The position numbers and the translations under genes were made by a program. Positions 23,001-31,810 of a DNA stretch of 64,000 nucleotides are shown here, one piece after another (position 1 is the first letter of the stretch; each line of letters begins with the position of its first letter). The notes below the pieces were generated by a model. That model saw only the letters and a program-made list of their open reading frames with translations. It had not been told where the DNA came from and did not search any database. The DNA comes from Vampirovibrio chlorellavorus (GTDB lineage: Bacteria; Cyanobacteriota; Vampirovibrionia; Vampirovibrionales; Vampirovibrionaceae): NCBI RefSeq assembly GCF_003149375.1, contig NZ_QFWH01000001.1, positions 291,593-355,592 on the forward strand, given 5' to 3'.

Positions 23001-24005
23001 ACCCCGCAAATTCGGGTTCGGGCCGCCTTTCGGCCCGGTCGCTTCTATCTACCCAATGGGGTTGCGCCGGATAGTACCGCCGGGTTTGAGTATGGCTTTG
23101 GCAGCACCATTAAATACTGGGATCGCTTCACTTTGGATGGGGATGTGGCCTTTACCCGCTTTAGCCAGAGTGACAGCACCAACGTGACTTTTCAGGCCCA
23201 GGCCCAATACGATTTTACCGATAGCATCCGGGCCAAGGTGGGCATGAGCCGTTTGCCGCAGTACACCTCCCTGTTGACCCTGACTGGTTTAAGACCCGGT
23301 CTGGGCGCCTTCCGGGGTGATCTGATCGGTCAGGCCCGTGAAAACAGTATTTACGCTGAACTCAATACCAACCCTTTCAGTCAAAATGTGGACTGGAATC
23401 TGGGCTATGCCTGGGCTTGGGTGAATGGTTCCAAAGTCCCCACCAACTACAAGAATCAGGCCTTCACCTCGCTGGGCTATACCTGGCATTACGCGGCCAA
23501 GCATCAGGTGCGCGTGGGCTATGAGTTCCTCTATTTTGGCTACAGCAAAAATGCTACCAACGGCTTCTTTGACACAACCGCCGCTGGCGTCACAGATCCG
23601 GTGGTCAACCTGAGGCCGGTGACCCTGGCGAATTCAAACTATGTGTTTGGCGGTTATTACAGTCCCAAGCTGTTTATTATGAACGCAGGCCGTCTGGATT
23701 TTCGGGGTAGTTTGTTCAACAAGTTTCTGGAATACAAATTCGGTGGCAGCATCGGGGCGCAAACCGTCCGTCTGGGCCATGGCATTCGGGAAGAGGGCAA
23801 CGGTACCTCTCTCAGCACGGCCTTTGATGCCAACGTGATTTTGAACTTTACGGACTGGCTGGCCGCTTACGGCGATGTGGATTATCTGGACGCGGGCGGA
23901 CAGTTTAACCGCTGGCGCTTTGGTGGTGGCCTGATCGTTCGACCGCACATCGACGCGCTCTCGCCCATCATTGGTACCAAACCGGCCAAGATGTCTTCCA
24001 AATAA
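20001..24005 (+). CDS. BcsC-like outer-membrane export protein (N-terminal TPR array plus C-terminal beta-barrel)
   Basis: Signal peptide MKKELVGITLALSIGLGVSAQA. About 800 aa of TPR-type repeats. C-terminal roughly 400 aa is rich in alternating aromatic/Gly beta-strand patterns (GYEFLYFGY, LGYAWAWVNG). Directly follows the synthase. Confidence 0.7.
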   Translation: MKKELVGITLALSIGLGVSAQAITPATITGTGAMQWRYPQADSNPLPEDASQEAIEFQGLALEDSHRYQRLYESPQEGQLLALAKTPNRPATKASGGGSSVLKQGISNYNRGFVAKAIPLFEQATRQNPQSEEAFLWLARAYQKQGTPADFTKAKAAYQQVLQLNPKQVEALSNLGEMWSWDPAMRAEAVTLLQRASQLNPREAGISKKLAQALFWQGNAMDALRYAAPIATIYRDDKKFMADYAQMLSLTGHAEEALKIYSTLLQSEGGRQNASLSIQQARALLGSGQKQKAQALYEAITRDIAKTPLANDADTIQSLSSLAFDLGLYAESFQWDQTLPAAVQRTKDTQLRQARALTRLFRVPEAIDRFHRLYEAGLLNAGEKLEYAEYLRTLNLSPDAMPAPELVEKLYTEAAAESPDDPEVALRIGRLYAEQNRFDEALKRYQQALSHPALQNSASVQKEFLDFIKTDKSQPAVVEDLFKNLIAQNPDDVATKSAYAEFLSWQPDRRAEALRLYVELGKTDIANTEAWESRIEEVLKWHKPTTAMIPVYQEIVNLYPQNKAIWMAVARAYRNDKNYYTESVETYSKLVKRYPDDGTIKREWLGLLLSSERHRAENLRLLKKMTEEDTTDLDILAAYGKLLSYEHKLGEAMDAFESVLSRNPEHREALVGKGYVILWSGRKLEAKKFFQDLRQQYPDDVDVAIGLAQTEKMMGRYDQAMKIIQQIKPLMDQNQAGSDAVKAPESGFMPLLDAGASYVLVGNTSIERDSFQRNLKPDFLIEPVGVVDQCASVEGSLPHGNAGLPKPPSRPVGLPIGQQEASRVLIADASADEVQSLRSEIDAFSDAVETLKLLQQSARRQLNTLNQNIRSTQDAVPDQMSLQAPDESGMSGTYVADFSGVGNRSDNSEGTASQTAGNAVGRSGMTRAYGAYTALDYDTNPLLSGLGRFRNDDLDDLERGLANDLRPMIRSGFLYSRQGGNATTNRLSSWGFPSQLSLSLTPQIRVRAAFRPGRFYLPNGVAPDSTAGFEYGFGSTIKYWDRFTLDGDVAFTRFSQSDSTNVTFQAQAQYDFTDSIRAKVGMSRLPQYTSLLTLTGLRPGLGAFRGDLIGQARENSIYAELNTNPFSQNVDWNLGYAWAWVNGSKVPTNYKNQAFTSLGYTWHYAAKHQVRVGYEFLYFGYSKNATNGFFDTTAAGVTDPVVNLRPVTLANSNYVFGGYYSPKLFIMNAGRLDFRGSLFNKFLEYKFGGSIGAQTVRLGHGIREEGNGTSLSTAFDANVILNFTDWLAAYGDVDYLDAGGQFNRWRFGGGLIVRPHIDALSPIIGTKPAKMSSK

Positions 24006-24051
24006 ATTTAGTATATAATAATTATGTACTTGGTAAGCGTTCGATCAGTAA

Positions 24052-24381
24052 GTGACGATGAACTCAAAGCCGTTTGAAATTATGCGTTGGGAGTCTCCCG
24101 ATTCCCCTAGTCTTGAGTTTTTGACCCGCATGATGCATCGAGAGGGGTTGCAGCCTTCTCAAAGTGAATTGGCAGGCCACAGCCGCTCTCTGGAAATGAA
24201 ATTTCATCAGACCAGAGTGCTGGTCGTGGTGCAAGGCCAGTTACAGTTTGCCTTTCCGGGCTATGGCGTGATTGATGTGGAACCCGGCGATATTCTGGAA
24301 ATCAACCCCCACGTGCTGCATGATGTGACGGTGAAGGGTTCTCAAACTGCCGTATTGCTTCAATCCTTGCGAGACTTATGA
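24052..24381 (+). CDS. small cupin-domain protein
   Basis: 109 aa. Two-motif cupin pattern (VLVVVQGQLQF ... GDILEINPHVLHDV). Confidence 0.5.
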   Translation: MTMNSKPFEIMRWESPDSPSLEFLTRMMHREGLQPSQSELAGHSRSLEMKFHQTRVLVVVQGQLQFAFPGYGVIDVEPGDILEINPHVLHDVTVKGSQTAVLLQSLRDL

Positions 24382-24432
24382 TCGATCAGGGCAAACTTGC
24401 CTTGATTATTGACCACCCTGATTAAAAGCCAC

Positions 24433-24470
24433 AAAAAACGGGAGCGCCGGTCAGGGCACTCCCGCTTTGC
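24433..24470. terminator. bidirectional terminator between the cupin gene and glnA
   Basis: Stem CGGGAG ... CTCCCG flanked by AAAAAA (plus) and TTTTTT (minus). glnA ends 22 nt away. Confidence 0.7.
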
Positions 24471-24491
24471 TTGAAAAGCCTGCCAGTCAGT

Positions 24492-25883
24492 TTAGTAGCG
24501 GGCCATGTACCGGTTGATTTCCCAGGGGGTCACATCGGTGCGATAAGCGTCCCACTCAATGGTTTTGGCTTTAATGTACTCGTGGAAGATATGCTCGCCC
24601 AAGGCTTCTTTGGCCACGCTGCTGTTTTTCATCTCTTCCAGGGCTTCATACAGGCTACCCGGCAAGGCTGGGATTTTTTGCTCCCGGCGCTCATCGGCGG
24701 ATAGCTTGTAGATGTTGGCGGTCACTGGGCTGGGGGGCTCAATCTTGTTCTTTACCCCATCCAGGCCCGCCAGCAACATGGCGGCAAAAGCGATGTAGGG
24801 GTTGGCCGCCGGATCGGGAGAACGCAGTTCCACGCGGGTGGCGTTGCCCCGTTTGGCCGGTACGCGCAACAGGGCGCTACGGTTGGCCGCGGACCATGCC
24901 ACGTAAACCGGGGCTTCATAACCTGGCACCAACCGTTTGTAGCTGTTTACCAGCGGGTTGGTAATGGCCGTAATACCCCGAATGTTCTTTAGCAGGCCGC
25001 CAATAAAGTGCAGGGAGGTTTCTGACAGTTGATAGTCGCCTTTTTCATCGTAAAAAGCGTTACCGCCCGCCACTTTGGCCAGCGACTGGTTGCAGTGCAT
25101 CCCGGAACCATTGACCCCAAAGACCGGCTTGGGCATAAAGGAGGCATGCAGGCCATGTTTGGCGGCAATTTGGCGGGTAATAATTTTGACGGTGGTGACG
25201 TTGTCAGCCTGAGACAGCGCATCGGAGTATTTAAAGTCAATTTCGTGCTGACCGCTGGCCACTTCGTGGTGATCGGCCTCCATTTCAAAGCCCAGACGCT
25301 CCAGGGTGTCCACGATTTCGCCCCGAACGATTTCACCCAGATCATCCGGCCCGATGTCGTAGTATCCGGCGGCATCATGGGTTTCGGTAGAGGGGGTACC
25401 ATCCTCGTTGCGCTTAAACAGGAAAAACTCCAGTTCAGGGCCAACGTTGTAGATGTAGCCCAGTTTTTGGGCTTCTTGCAGCACCCGCTTCAGGTTATTC
25501 CGGGGGCAACCATCAAACGGGGTGCCGTCCGGGTTGTAAATGTCGCAAATCACCCGACCGACCACCCGATCGCCCTCGGTTTGAGGCATCACAGAGAAGG
25601 TGCTGAGATCCGGGTAAAAGTACATATCGGAAGTTTCAATGGTGCGAAAGCCGGCGATGGAGGAGCCATCCAGCATAATTTCATTGTTCAGGGCCTTTTC
25701 CAGCTGATCCACATGGATACCCATGCTTTTGGGCATGCCGTGGATGTCCACGAATTGCAGCCGGATCAGTTTAACTTTTTTCTCTTTGGCCTCTTTTAAA
25801 ATATCTGCCACGGAGCGAGAGGGCCGTCCAGTCGGCACGGGGAGTTCGAGGTTCATCATTCCAGATTCCTTAATTAAACACAC
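24492..25883 (-). CDS. glnA: glutamine synthetase type I
   Basis: GS-I signature regions throughout the roughly 455-aa body. The start is probably MMNLELP near 25859. Confidence 0.9.
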   Translation of the reverse strand: MCLIKESGMMNLELPVPTGRPSRSVADILKEAKEKKVKLIRLQFVDIHGMPKSMGIHVDQLEKALNNEIMLDGSSIAGFRTIETSDMYFYPDLSTFSVMPQTEGDRVVGRVICDIYNPDGTPFDGCPRNNLKRVLQEAQKLGYIYNVGPELEFFLFKRNEDGTPSTETHDAAGYYDIGPDDLGEIVRGEIVDTLERLGFEMEADHHEVASGQHEIDFKYSDALSQADNVTTVKIITRQIAAKHGLHASFMPKPVFGVNGSGMHCNQSLAKVAGGNAFYDEKGDYQLSETSLHFIGGLLKNIRGITAITNPLVNSYKRLVPGYEAPVYVAWSAANRSALLRVPAKRGNATRVELRSPDPAANPYIAFAAMLLAGLDGVKNKIEPPSPVTANIYKLSADERREQKIPALPGSLYEALEEMKNSSVAKEALGEHIFHEYIKAKTIEWDAYRTDVTPWEINRYMARY

Positions 25884-25943
25884 GTAACGGTCTAGAATCG
25901 CTGAGAGTACCTGCGGAAATTTAGCGCTCTATGGACGACTATT

Positions 25944-25957
25944 GTATCTTAAAGTAC
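25944..25957 (-). promoter_or_regulatory. NtcA-type binding motif GTA-N8-TAC upstream of glnA
   Basis: Exact GTATCTTAAAGTAC. On the glnA strand, TAAATT (TAN3T) lies about 20 nt downstream, which is the canonical NtcA-activated promoter geometry of cyanobacterial glnA. Confidence 0.5.
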
Positions 25958-26089
25958 CCTGCCCTGCTATTAAGGTGAAGGGTTCGCAATGTTTGAGACC
26001 GGTTCGCCTTTGTTTGAGCTGCACGCAGTTTTGCAAACGTGTTTTCAGGGCAGCCTCCACTTAACAAATTGCAGGCGCTGATCCATCAA

Positions 26090-26788
26090 TCAATAAGTCA
26101 AAATGGTGCGTTGATCCACAAAAACCGGAAAAGGATCGCTCTCCAGGGTGTTTTGTCCCTGTTGAACTTGCAGGGAGAGTGTTTTTTGATCGGGAGAGAG
26201 TTTGATGTTGGCAATGAGTGGGTCCGGTTTTTGGGGATCGGCTTTGGATAAGGGGCTGGGGGTGCCTTCTTTTGCCAGATTGATATCGGGCAGGCTGACT
26301 GGATGGGCCTCAAAGACCAGTAGGCGTTTATTGCGCTGGGTTAAGCTAAAGCACTTGTGGGAGGGTTTGCTGGGGTCGCTTGCCGGTTGGCAGGGGCTGG
26401 GCTGTAGAAGGTAAATGCCTGTGGGGATAGGGCCCTGGTTGGTCTGAAATGCCATGGGAATGCGGATTAAAGGATAGGGGCTGGCTGGCGGGTCCTTGGG
26501 GCCCGTTTTGGATTCGTTTGGGGCTTGGCTGGCGCCCGGTGTTTCCTTGGCGGCTTTTTTTTCGAAGGGCCAAAACCACTTTTTGCCCTCGTCTTTTTCC
26601 GGTTTTGTGCTGACGTCTTTTTCCGGCGTGGTTTGTTTTTGGGGAAAATAGACCGGTTCCGGCCAGTTTTCTTCGGGGCTATTGGCAAAGCCCACCGGGC
26701 CAATACACGCACACACCAAAATAATTAAAGTTTTACTGCCAATGGACCGATAAAAAGCCTGACCCCCTGAAATCGGTGAGTGTTGCAT
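26090..26788 (-). CDS. Pro-rich secreted/lipoprotein of unknown function
   Basis: Signal peptide with LVCAC lipobox-like segment, then a Pro/Lys-rich low-complexity body. Start set at 26788 (MQHSPISGG). Confidence 0.45.
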   Translation of the reverse strand: MQHSPISGGQAFYRSIGSKTLIILVCACIGPVGFANSPEENWPEPVYFPQKQTTPEKDVSTKPEKDEGKKWFWPFEKKAAKETPGASQAPNESKTGPKDPPASPYPLIRIPMAFQTNQGPIPTGIYLLQPSPCQPASDPSKPSHKCFSLTQRNKRLLVFEAHPVSLPDINLAKEGTPSPLSKADPQKPDPLIANIKLSPDQKTLSLQVQQGQNTLESDPFPVFVDQRTILTY

Positions 26789-26789
26789 T

Positions 26790-26927
26790 ATGAAACTGGA
26801 TAAGCAGCAAATTATTCTGATCACAACCAAGTACCTGTCCTATTTCATCAATATCATTATTATTGCGGCCATTGCTGGTGTTGTGGCCGGATGGATTTAT
26901 ATGCTGTACCAGTCGGCCATCAGCTAA
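26790..26927 (+). CDS. possible 45-aa hydrophobic micro-protein (not in the ORF track)
   Basis: ATG at 26790 gives MKLDKQQIILITTKYLSYFINIIIIAAIAGVVAGWIYMLYQSAIS, one TM helix. Divergent from the lipoprotein gene. No homology evidence. Confidence 0.25.
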   Translation: MKLDKQQIILITTKYLSYFINIIIIAAIAGVVAGWIYMLYQSAIS

Positions 26928-27103
26928 CTGCTGTTACTTACCGTTGGGTTTATTTTCAGTGTAATTGGATTGAGTGCTTTTGCCATCCGATAACTGAAGG
27001 AAGGGCTGGGGTATAATGGGCCTGTTGGAATTTGCGATGGTACGGCATAAGTCAGCGTTTAGGCTTTTCCTGATTGCCCTTGGGTCGTGCCCTGGATGGA
27101 AAC

Positions 27104-28405
27104 ATGCTGGATATTAAACTGATTCGAGAAAACCCCGATGCTGTTAATCAGGCCCTGAAACGCCGGAAGCCGGATTTGTCCGTGGATGCCATACTGGCCC
27201 TGGACGCTCGGCGTCGGGAGTTGCTTCAGGAAGAAGAGTCTTTGAGAAGTCAACGTAATCAGATTACCCAGCAAATTGCCCAGGCCAAAAAAGAAGGTCG
27301 CGACACCGAGGCGATTCAGCAGCAAACCCGTGCCCTGGCTGATCGGATTAAGGACATTGAAGCCCAAAAGGAAGCGCTGGCGGAGCAACAATCTGCCTTG
27401 TTGCTGGAAATTCCCAATATGCCCTTGCCAGAAACGCCCGATGGGGCCGATGAGTCCGAAAATGTGGTGCTACGAACCTGGGGCGATGAATTCAAATCCC
27501 GTTACTGCCCGGACACGTTGCCGCATTATGAAATTGGGGCCAATCTGGGCATTCTGGACTTTGAGCGAGGCGTCAAAATCGCCCAGTCCCGCTTTTCGGT
27601 GATGCGGGGGGAAGGCTCCCGGCTGGAGCGGGCCCTGATTAACTTTATGCTGGATACGCATACCGAGCGGGGTTACGAGGAAGTGTTGCCGCCCTTTCTG
27701 GTCAACCGGCAAGCCATGACCGGTACGGGCCAGCTGCCCAAGTTTGAAGCCGATATGTTCCGCTGCAAGGATGACGAGTTGTTCCTGATTCCCACGGCGG
27801 AAGTGCCGGTGACCAACCTGTACGCCGGAGAATTGCTGTCCGAGGATCAACTGCCCCTGAACATGACGGCCTATACCCCGTGCTTCCGTCGGGAAGCGGG
27901 CAGTGCGGGCAAAGATACCCGTGGGTTGATTCGTCAGCACCAATTCGACAAGATTGAGCTGGTCAAGCTGTGCAGGCCGGAGGACAGCCCTGCGGAGCAT
28001 CTGAAATTGCTGGAAGATGCCGAAATGATCCTGCAAAAGCTGGAGTTGCCCTATCGAGTAGTGGCCCTCTGCGCTGGAGATATCGGGTTTTCCGCCGCCC
28101 GGTGCTTTGATATCGAGGTGTGGATGCCTGCGCAGGGCGTTTATCGGGAAATTTCCAGTTGCAGCACTTTTACAGACTTTCAGGCCCGTCGTATTGGCCT
28201 GAAATACCGCTCTGAAGCCACTGGTAAGCCTGCGTTTGTGCATACCATCAACGGTTCCGGCTTGGCCGTGGGTCGTACCTTGGCCGCCATTCTGGAAAAT
28301 TATCAAATCAGTCATCAGGAGGTAGCCATTCCTGAGGTGCTGCGCCCATACTTCAGGAACGGTTCAACCCGACTGTGCGCCCCAAGAAGCAAGGAACTGG
28401 TATGA
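27104..28405 (+). CDS. serS: seryl-tRNA synthetase
   Basis: N-terminal coiled-coil arm plus class II motifs (FRREAGSAGKDTRGL, GSGLAVGRTLAAILE). Start MLDIKLIRENP at 27104. Confidence 0.9.
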   Translation: MLDIKLIRENPDAVNQALKRRKPDLSVDAILALDARRRELLQEEESLRSQRNQITQQIAQAKKEGRDTEAIQQQTRALADRIKDIEAQKEALAEQQSALLLEIPNMPLPETPDGADESENVVLRTWGDEFKSRYCPDTLPHYEIGANLGILDFERGVKIAQSRFSVMRGEGSRLERALINFMLDTHTERGYEEVLPPFLVNRQAMTGTGQLPKFEADMFRCKDDELFLIPTAEVPVTNLYAGELLSEDQLPLNMTAYTPCFRREAGSAGKDTRGLIRQHQFDKIELVKLCRPEDSPAEHLKLLEDAEMILQKLELPYRVVALCAGDIGFSAARCFDIEVWMPAQGVYREISSCSTFTDFQARRIGLKYRSEATGKPAFVHTINGSGLAVGRTLAAILENYQISHQEVAIPEVLRPYFRNGSTRLCAPRSKELV

Positions 28406-29550
28406 GCATTCCTCCACAAGCATCTTCTCCTGACGTCTCCGGATCATCCTCTGGCCCTGTCTCGGGCGGGATAGACCTGGATATCTTTCTGAGAATGGCT
28501 GTGGCCCAGGGTGTCTCCGATATCCACGTTCGGGCGGGGGCCGCCCCGGTGATGCGTAAGGATGGCGACATGTTGCCAACCAAAATGCCACCGCTGTCGG
28601 AGTTGGACATTCAAAATTTCGCCAAAAGCATTATTCCCGAAAAAACCCTGCCCCGGCTTAAAAATCGGACGGATTTTGACTTCAGCTTTATGCTGGATAA
28701 CAGCTGTCGCTTCCGGGTCAACCTGTTTTACGAAATGGGGCGGCTGGGGCTGGTGATGCGTTTGATCCCCCTGCAAATTCCCACGCTGGATGATTTGGGG
28801 CATCCTCCGGTGATTAGCCGTTTTGCGGACTTGCACAAGGGGCTGGTGCTGGTCACCGGCCCTACCGGCTCGGGGAAGTCCACCACGTTGGCCGCCTTGC
28901 TCAATACCATTAACCGTACCCGGTACAAGCACATCGTCACTCTGGAAGACCCGGTGGAGTACGTTTACCAGAGCGACAAGAGCGTGGTCACCCAGCGACA
29001 GTTGGGGATGGACACAGACACCTTTCCCAATGGCATCAAGTACGCCTTGCGGCAGGACCCCGATGTCATTCTAATAGGCGAGATGCGGGATCGGGAAACC
29101 ATGATGGCCGCCTTGCACGCGGCGGAGACCGGTCACGTGGTCTTTTCGACCCTTCACACCACGGATTCGGTGCAGACCATAAACCGGATCATCAATGCCT
29201 TTGAGCCTTACGAGCGTGACTCCATCCGTAACCAATTGGCGGGCGTGCTGCAAGGTACAGTTTCTCAGCGTTTGGTTAAAAAAGCCGAAGGCAAGGGCCG
29301 GGTGGCTGTGTCTGAAGTTATGGTGGTTTCACCGGCCATTCGCGATTATATTTTGCGGGATGAAATGGGCGAAATTTATCAGTTGTTGAACAATGCCGAG
29401 TTTGAGGGGGCCCACAGCCTCAACCATTCTCTGCATAATGCGTTTCGCAATGGTTTGATTACGCCCGAAGACGCGCTGGAGACCTCCGAGAACCCGACCG
29501 AGCTTCAACAGATGCTACGCGGGGCGTTCCACGGCAGTTCCACTTTTTGA
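28402..29550 (+). CDS. pilT: type IV pilus retraction ATPase PilT
   Basis: Walker A GPTGSGKSTT, Asp box, Walker B and His box of the PilT/GspE family. ATG overlaps the serS stop (ATGA). Confidence 0.85.
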   Translation: MSIPPQASSPDVSGSSSGPVSGGIDLDIFLRMAVAQGVSDIHVRAGAAPVMRKDGDMLPTKMPPLSELDIQNFAKSIIPEKTLPRLKNRTDFDFSFMLDNSCRFRVNLFYEMGRLGLVMRLIPLQIPTLDDLGHPPVISRFADLHKGLVLVTGPTGSGKSTTLAALLNTINRTRYKHIVTLEDPVEYVYQSDKSVVTQRQLGMDTDTFPNGIKYALRQDPDVILIGEMRDRETMMAALHAAETGHVVFSTLHTTDSVQTINRIINAFEPYERDSIRNQLAGVLQGTVSQRLVKKAEGKGRVAVSEVMVVSPAIRDYILRDEMGEIYQLLNNAEFEGAHSLNHSLHNAFRNGLITPEDALETSENPTELQQMLRGAFHGSSTF

Positions 29551-29826
29551 GGAAGGCCTTGAGGAAGGCCTAAGGTTGAGCTTTCAGGGTGTTGACGGAT
29601 TCTATTGACGGTAAGGACTTCCTTTTCCCGGTCAAAACCGCTACAATTAATATAGTAATAAGCTGTTTGAGGCGGTTAATCCACTTGTAATGGCGTATTA
29701 CATTGGCCCGAAGCCGGCGTGCTTTTTGTTCATGAGCCTTCCGGCTTTGGTTTCGTCTCAAATGGTTTTGTGAAAGTCGTTTTTAGAGTTGAGTTAGCAG
29801 ATTTAGCCAATCAGGGAGAAATCAGC

Positions 29827-31803
29827 ATGGTGTTTGTACCCCGGATTCAGCGTTTGTTGAGCGTTTTGTTGGCTTGCGCGTTGATGGCTGTCAGTGGGTT
29901 TGGTGGCGGCACCAGTGCATTCGCTGCCAGCCGCCATCAGTCGGCTCAGTCCAGTTTGCTCAGCATTTCGGGGGTTCAGGTGAGCCCGGATGGCAGCGGG
30001 CTTGTTCTGGAGGCCAACCGTGTTTTTACCGGGGTGGAAACCCGGAATTTTACGGTTTTAAAACTGCCCTCTCCCTACCGCATTGTGCTGGATATTCCCA
30101 ACGCCCGGTTGGCCGGTGGGCAAAACGTCTTCCGCATTAATCAACAGGGTATTGACCGGGTTGAACTCAGTGATACGCAAAGTCCTTTTTACAGTTCGGT
30201 TCGGGCCACCATTTATGTGGACAACAATCAGACCCTGGCCCGACTGACCCCGGAATTTGAAGGAAAAACCCTCAAGGTGCTGGGCTTGGCGCCGGCATCA
30301 CTTTCCCCGGCCCAGATCGCCTCCACCAGTTTTGTGGCCAAGCCCGCCGTGCAAGCGGGCAAGGTGGCTCAGCCCTTGCCTCCTGTGGCCAAGCCTGCCG
30401 TGAAGATACCCGCTCAGCCGCCTGTTTTGGCGACGCTTCCTCCCAAGCCGGAAACGCAAACCCCGGCCGTGCAAACCACCATTCTCAATACGCCGGTCCC
30501 TGCCGGGACGGCCATCATTGAAAGCATCCAGGTGCGGGACAACAAGTTGTTCATTCAGTCGGTGGCAGGCACGACCTTGCGCATCAAGAAGCGCTTTACC
30601 CTGAGCGATCCCAGTCGTCTGGTGCTGGAGCTGGAGGGTGCTGTATTGCGCAGTCGTCAGTTGCTGGAACCCATTAGCACCCGACTGCCTGAAATGCGTC
30701 AGGTTCGGGTGGGTCAATTTGATGAGAATACGGTTCGTGTTGTGATTGAGTCCAGCGATCCTGACCAGCTGGAGGCCATTTACAATGGCGGCGAGAGAAA
30801 TCTGCTGGCCCTGACCCCGGATTCTGGAACCTCTATCACCAAGCTCTCGGCGAATACCCAGTTGGGTGAGGTGCAAAGTATCGACCTGCGACGGGAAGGG
30901 GGCAATACCATTCTGCGGTTGGCTGCCAGCACCCCCATTGTGCATCGTTTCCTGAAGAAAGACGATCGGCTGGTGCTGGACTTGCTGAATCAGGCCGCTC
31001 ATCCCACCAACATCAACTTTGATGCCCGTCAGTACCCTGAAATTGAGAAAATGCGTCTGGAGCCCCTGACCGAAGGTCAGCCCAACAGCAAATTGGCCAT
31101 TCAGCTGGTGCAGGCCGATACCCGGATCATTCCCTCCATTTCCGATGATGGCAAAGTGCTGGAACTGCAAATCTCCGCCGATCGCGTGGCGAAAAGCACG
31201 GGCGCTTTCCCCAATCTGGCGGGCTTGGCTGCTGCCGGCAAGGCCCCTTTTCCCGCCCGAATCGTGGTGGACGCCGGCCATGGCGGTAAAGATTTTGGAG
31301 CCATGCGGGGGGGCGTGAACGAGAAAGACCTGAACTTGTCTTTGGCTTTGATGTTGCGAGATGCGCTGGAGGCCAAAGGGTTTAAAGTGTTTATGACCCG
31401 CAGCACGGATGAGTTTTTGCCCTTGCCTAAAATTACGGCCATTACCAACCAGATTCGTCCGGATCTGTTTATCAGCATTCACCACAATGCCTCGGTTAAT
31501 GCGGCGGCCAATGGCATAGAAACTTACTACTATACGCCCCAAAGCATTGCCTTGGCCCGAAGCGTGCATAACCGGGAGATTAACGCGGTGAGCGCCCGGG
31601 ATGGCGGGGTCAAGAAGGCCATGTTTTACGTGATTCACCACACCAACGTACCGGCTATTTTGTGTGAGGTGGGTTATGTGTCCAACCCTAATGAGCTGAC
31701 GGCCTTACAGACCTATGAGCGTAAGTCCAAAACCGCTCGATCCATTGCGGATGGTGTTGTAGACTATTTGAAAACCCGAGTGTCCGCCAACGCAGTAAAG
31801 TAG
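29827..31803 (+). CDS. N-acetylmuramoyl-L-alanine amidase (AmiC-like) with N-terminal AMIN domains
   Basis: C-terminal Amidase_3 motifs (VVDAGHGGKD ... FISIHHNAS). Two AMIN-like beta domains. Signal peptide from MVFVPRIQRLLSVLLACALMA at 29827. Confidence 0.8.
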   Translation: MVFVPRIQRLLSVLLACALMAVSGFGGGTSAFAASRHQSAQSSLLSISGVQVSPDGSGLVLEANRVFTGVETRNFTVLKLPSPYRIVLDIPNARLAGGQNVFRINQQGIDRVELSDTQSPFYSSVRATIYVDNNQTLARLTPEFEGKTLKVLGLAPASLSPAQIASTSFVAKPAVQAGKVAQPLPPVAKPAVKIPAQPPVLATLPPKPETQTPAVQTTILNTPVPAGTAIIESIQVRDNKLFIQSVAGTTLRIKKRFTLSDPSRLVLELEGAVLRSRQLLEPISTRLPEMRQVRVGQFDENTVRVVIESSDPDQLEAIYNGGERNLLALTPDSGTSITKLSANTQLGEVQSIDLRREGGNTILRLAASTPIVHRFLKKDDRLVLDLLNQAAHPTNINFDARQYPEIEKMRLEPLTEGQPNSKLAIQLVQADTRIIPSISDDGKVLELQISADRVAKSTGAFPNLAGLAAAGKAPFPARIVVDAGHGGKDFGAMRGGVNEKDLNLSLALMLRDALEAKGFKVFMTRSTDEFLPLPKITAITNQIRPDLFISIHHNASVNAAANGIETYYYTPQSIALARSVHNREINAVSARDGGVKKAMFYVIHHTNVPAILCEVGYVSNPNELTALQTYERKSKTARSIADGVVDYLKTRVSANAVK

Positions 31804-31810
31804 CCACTGA

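Noticed and set aside
29551-29600. Direct repeat tgaggaaggcct x2 after pilT
   Set aside because: Too short to support a repeat-element or CRISPR call. It may simply be a terminator-proximal duplication.
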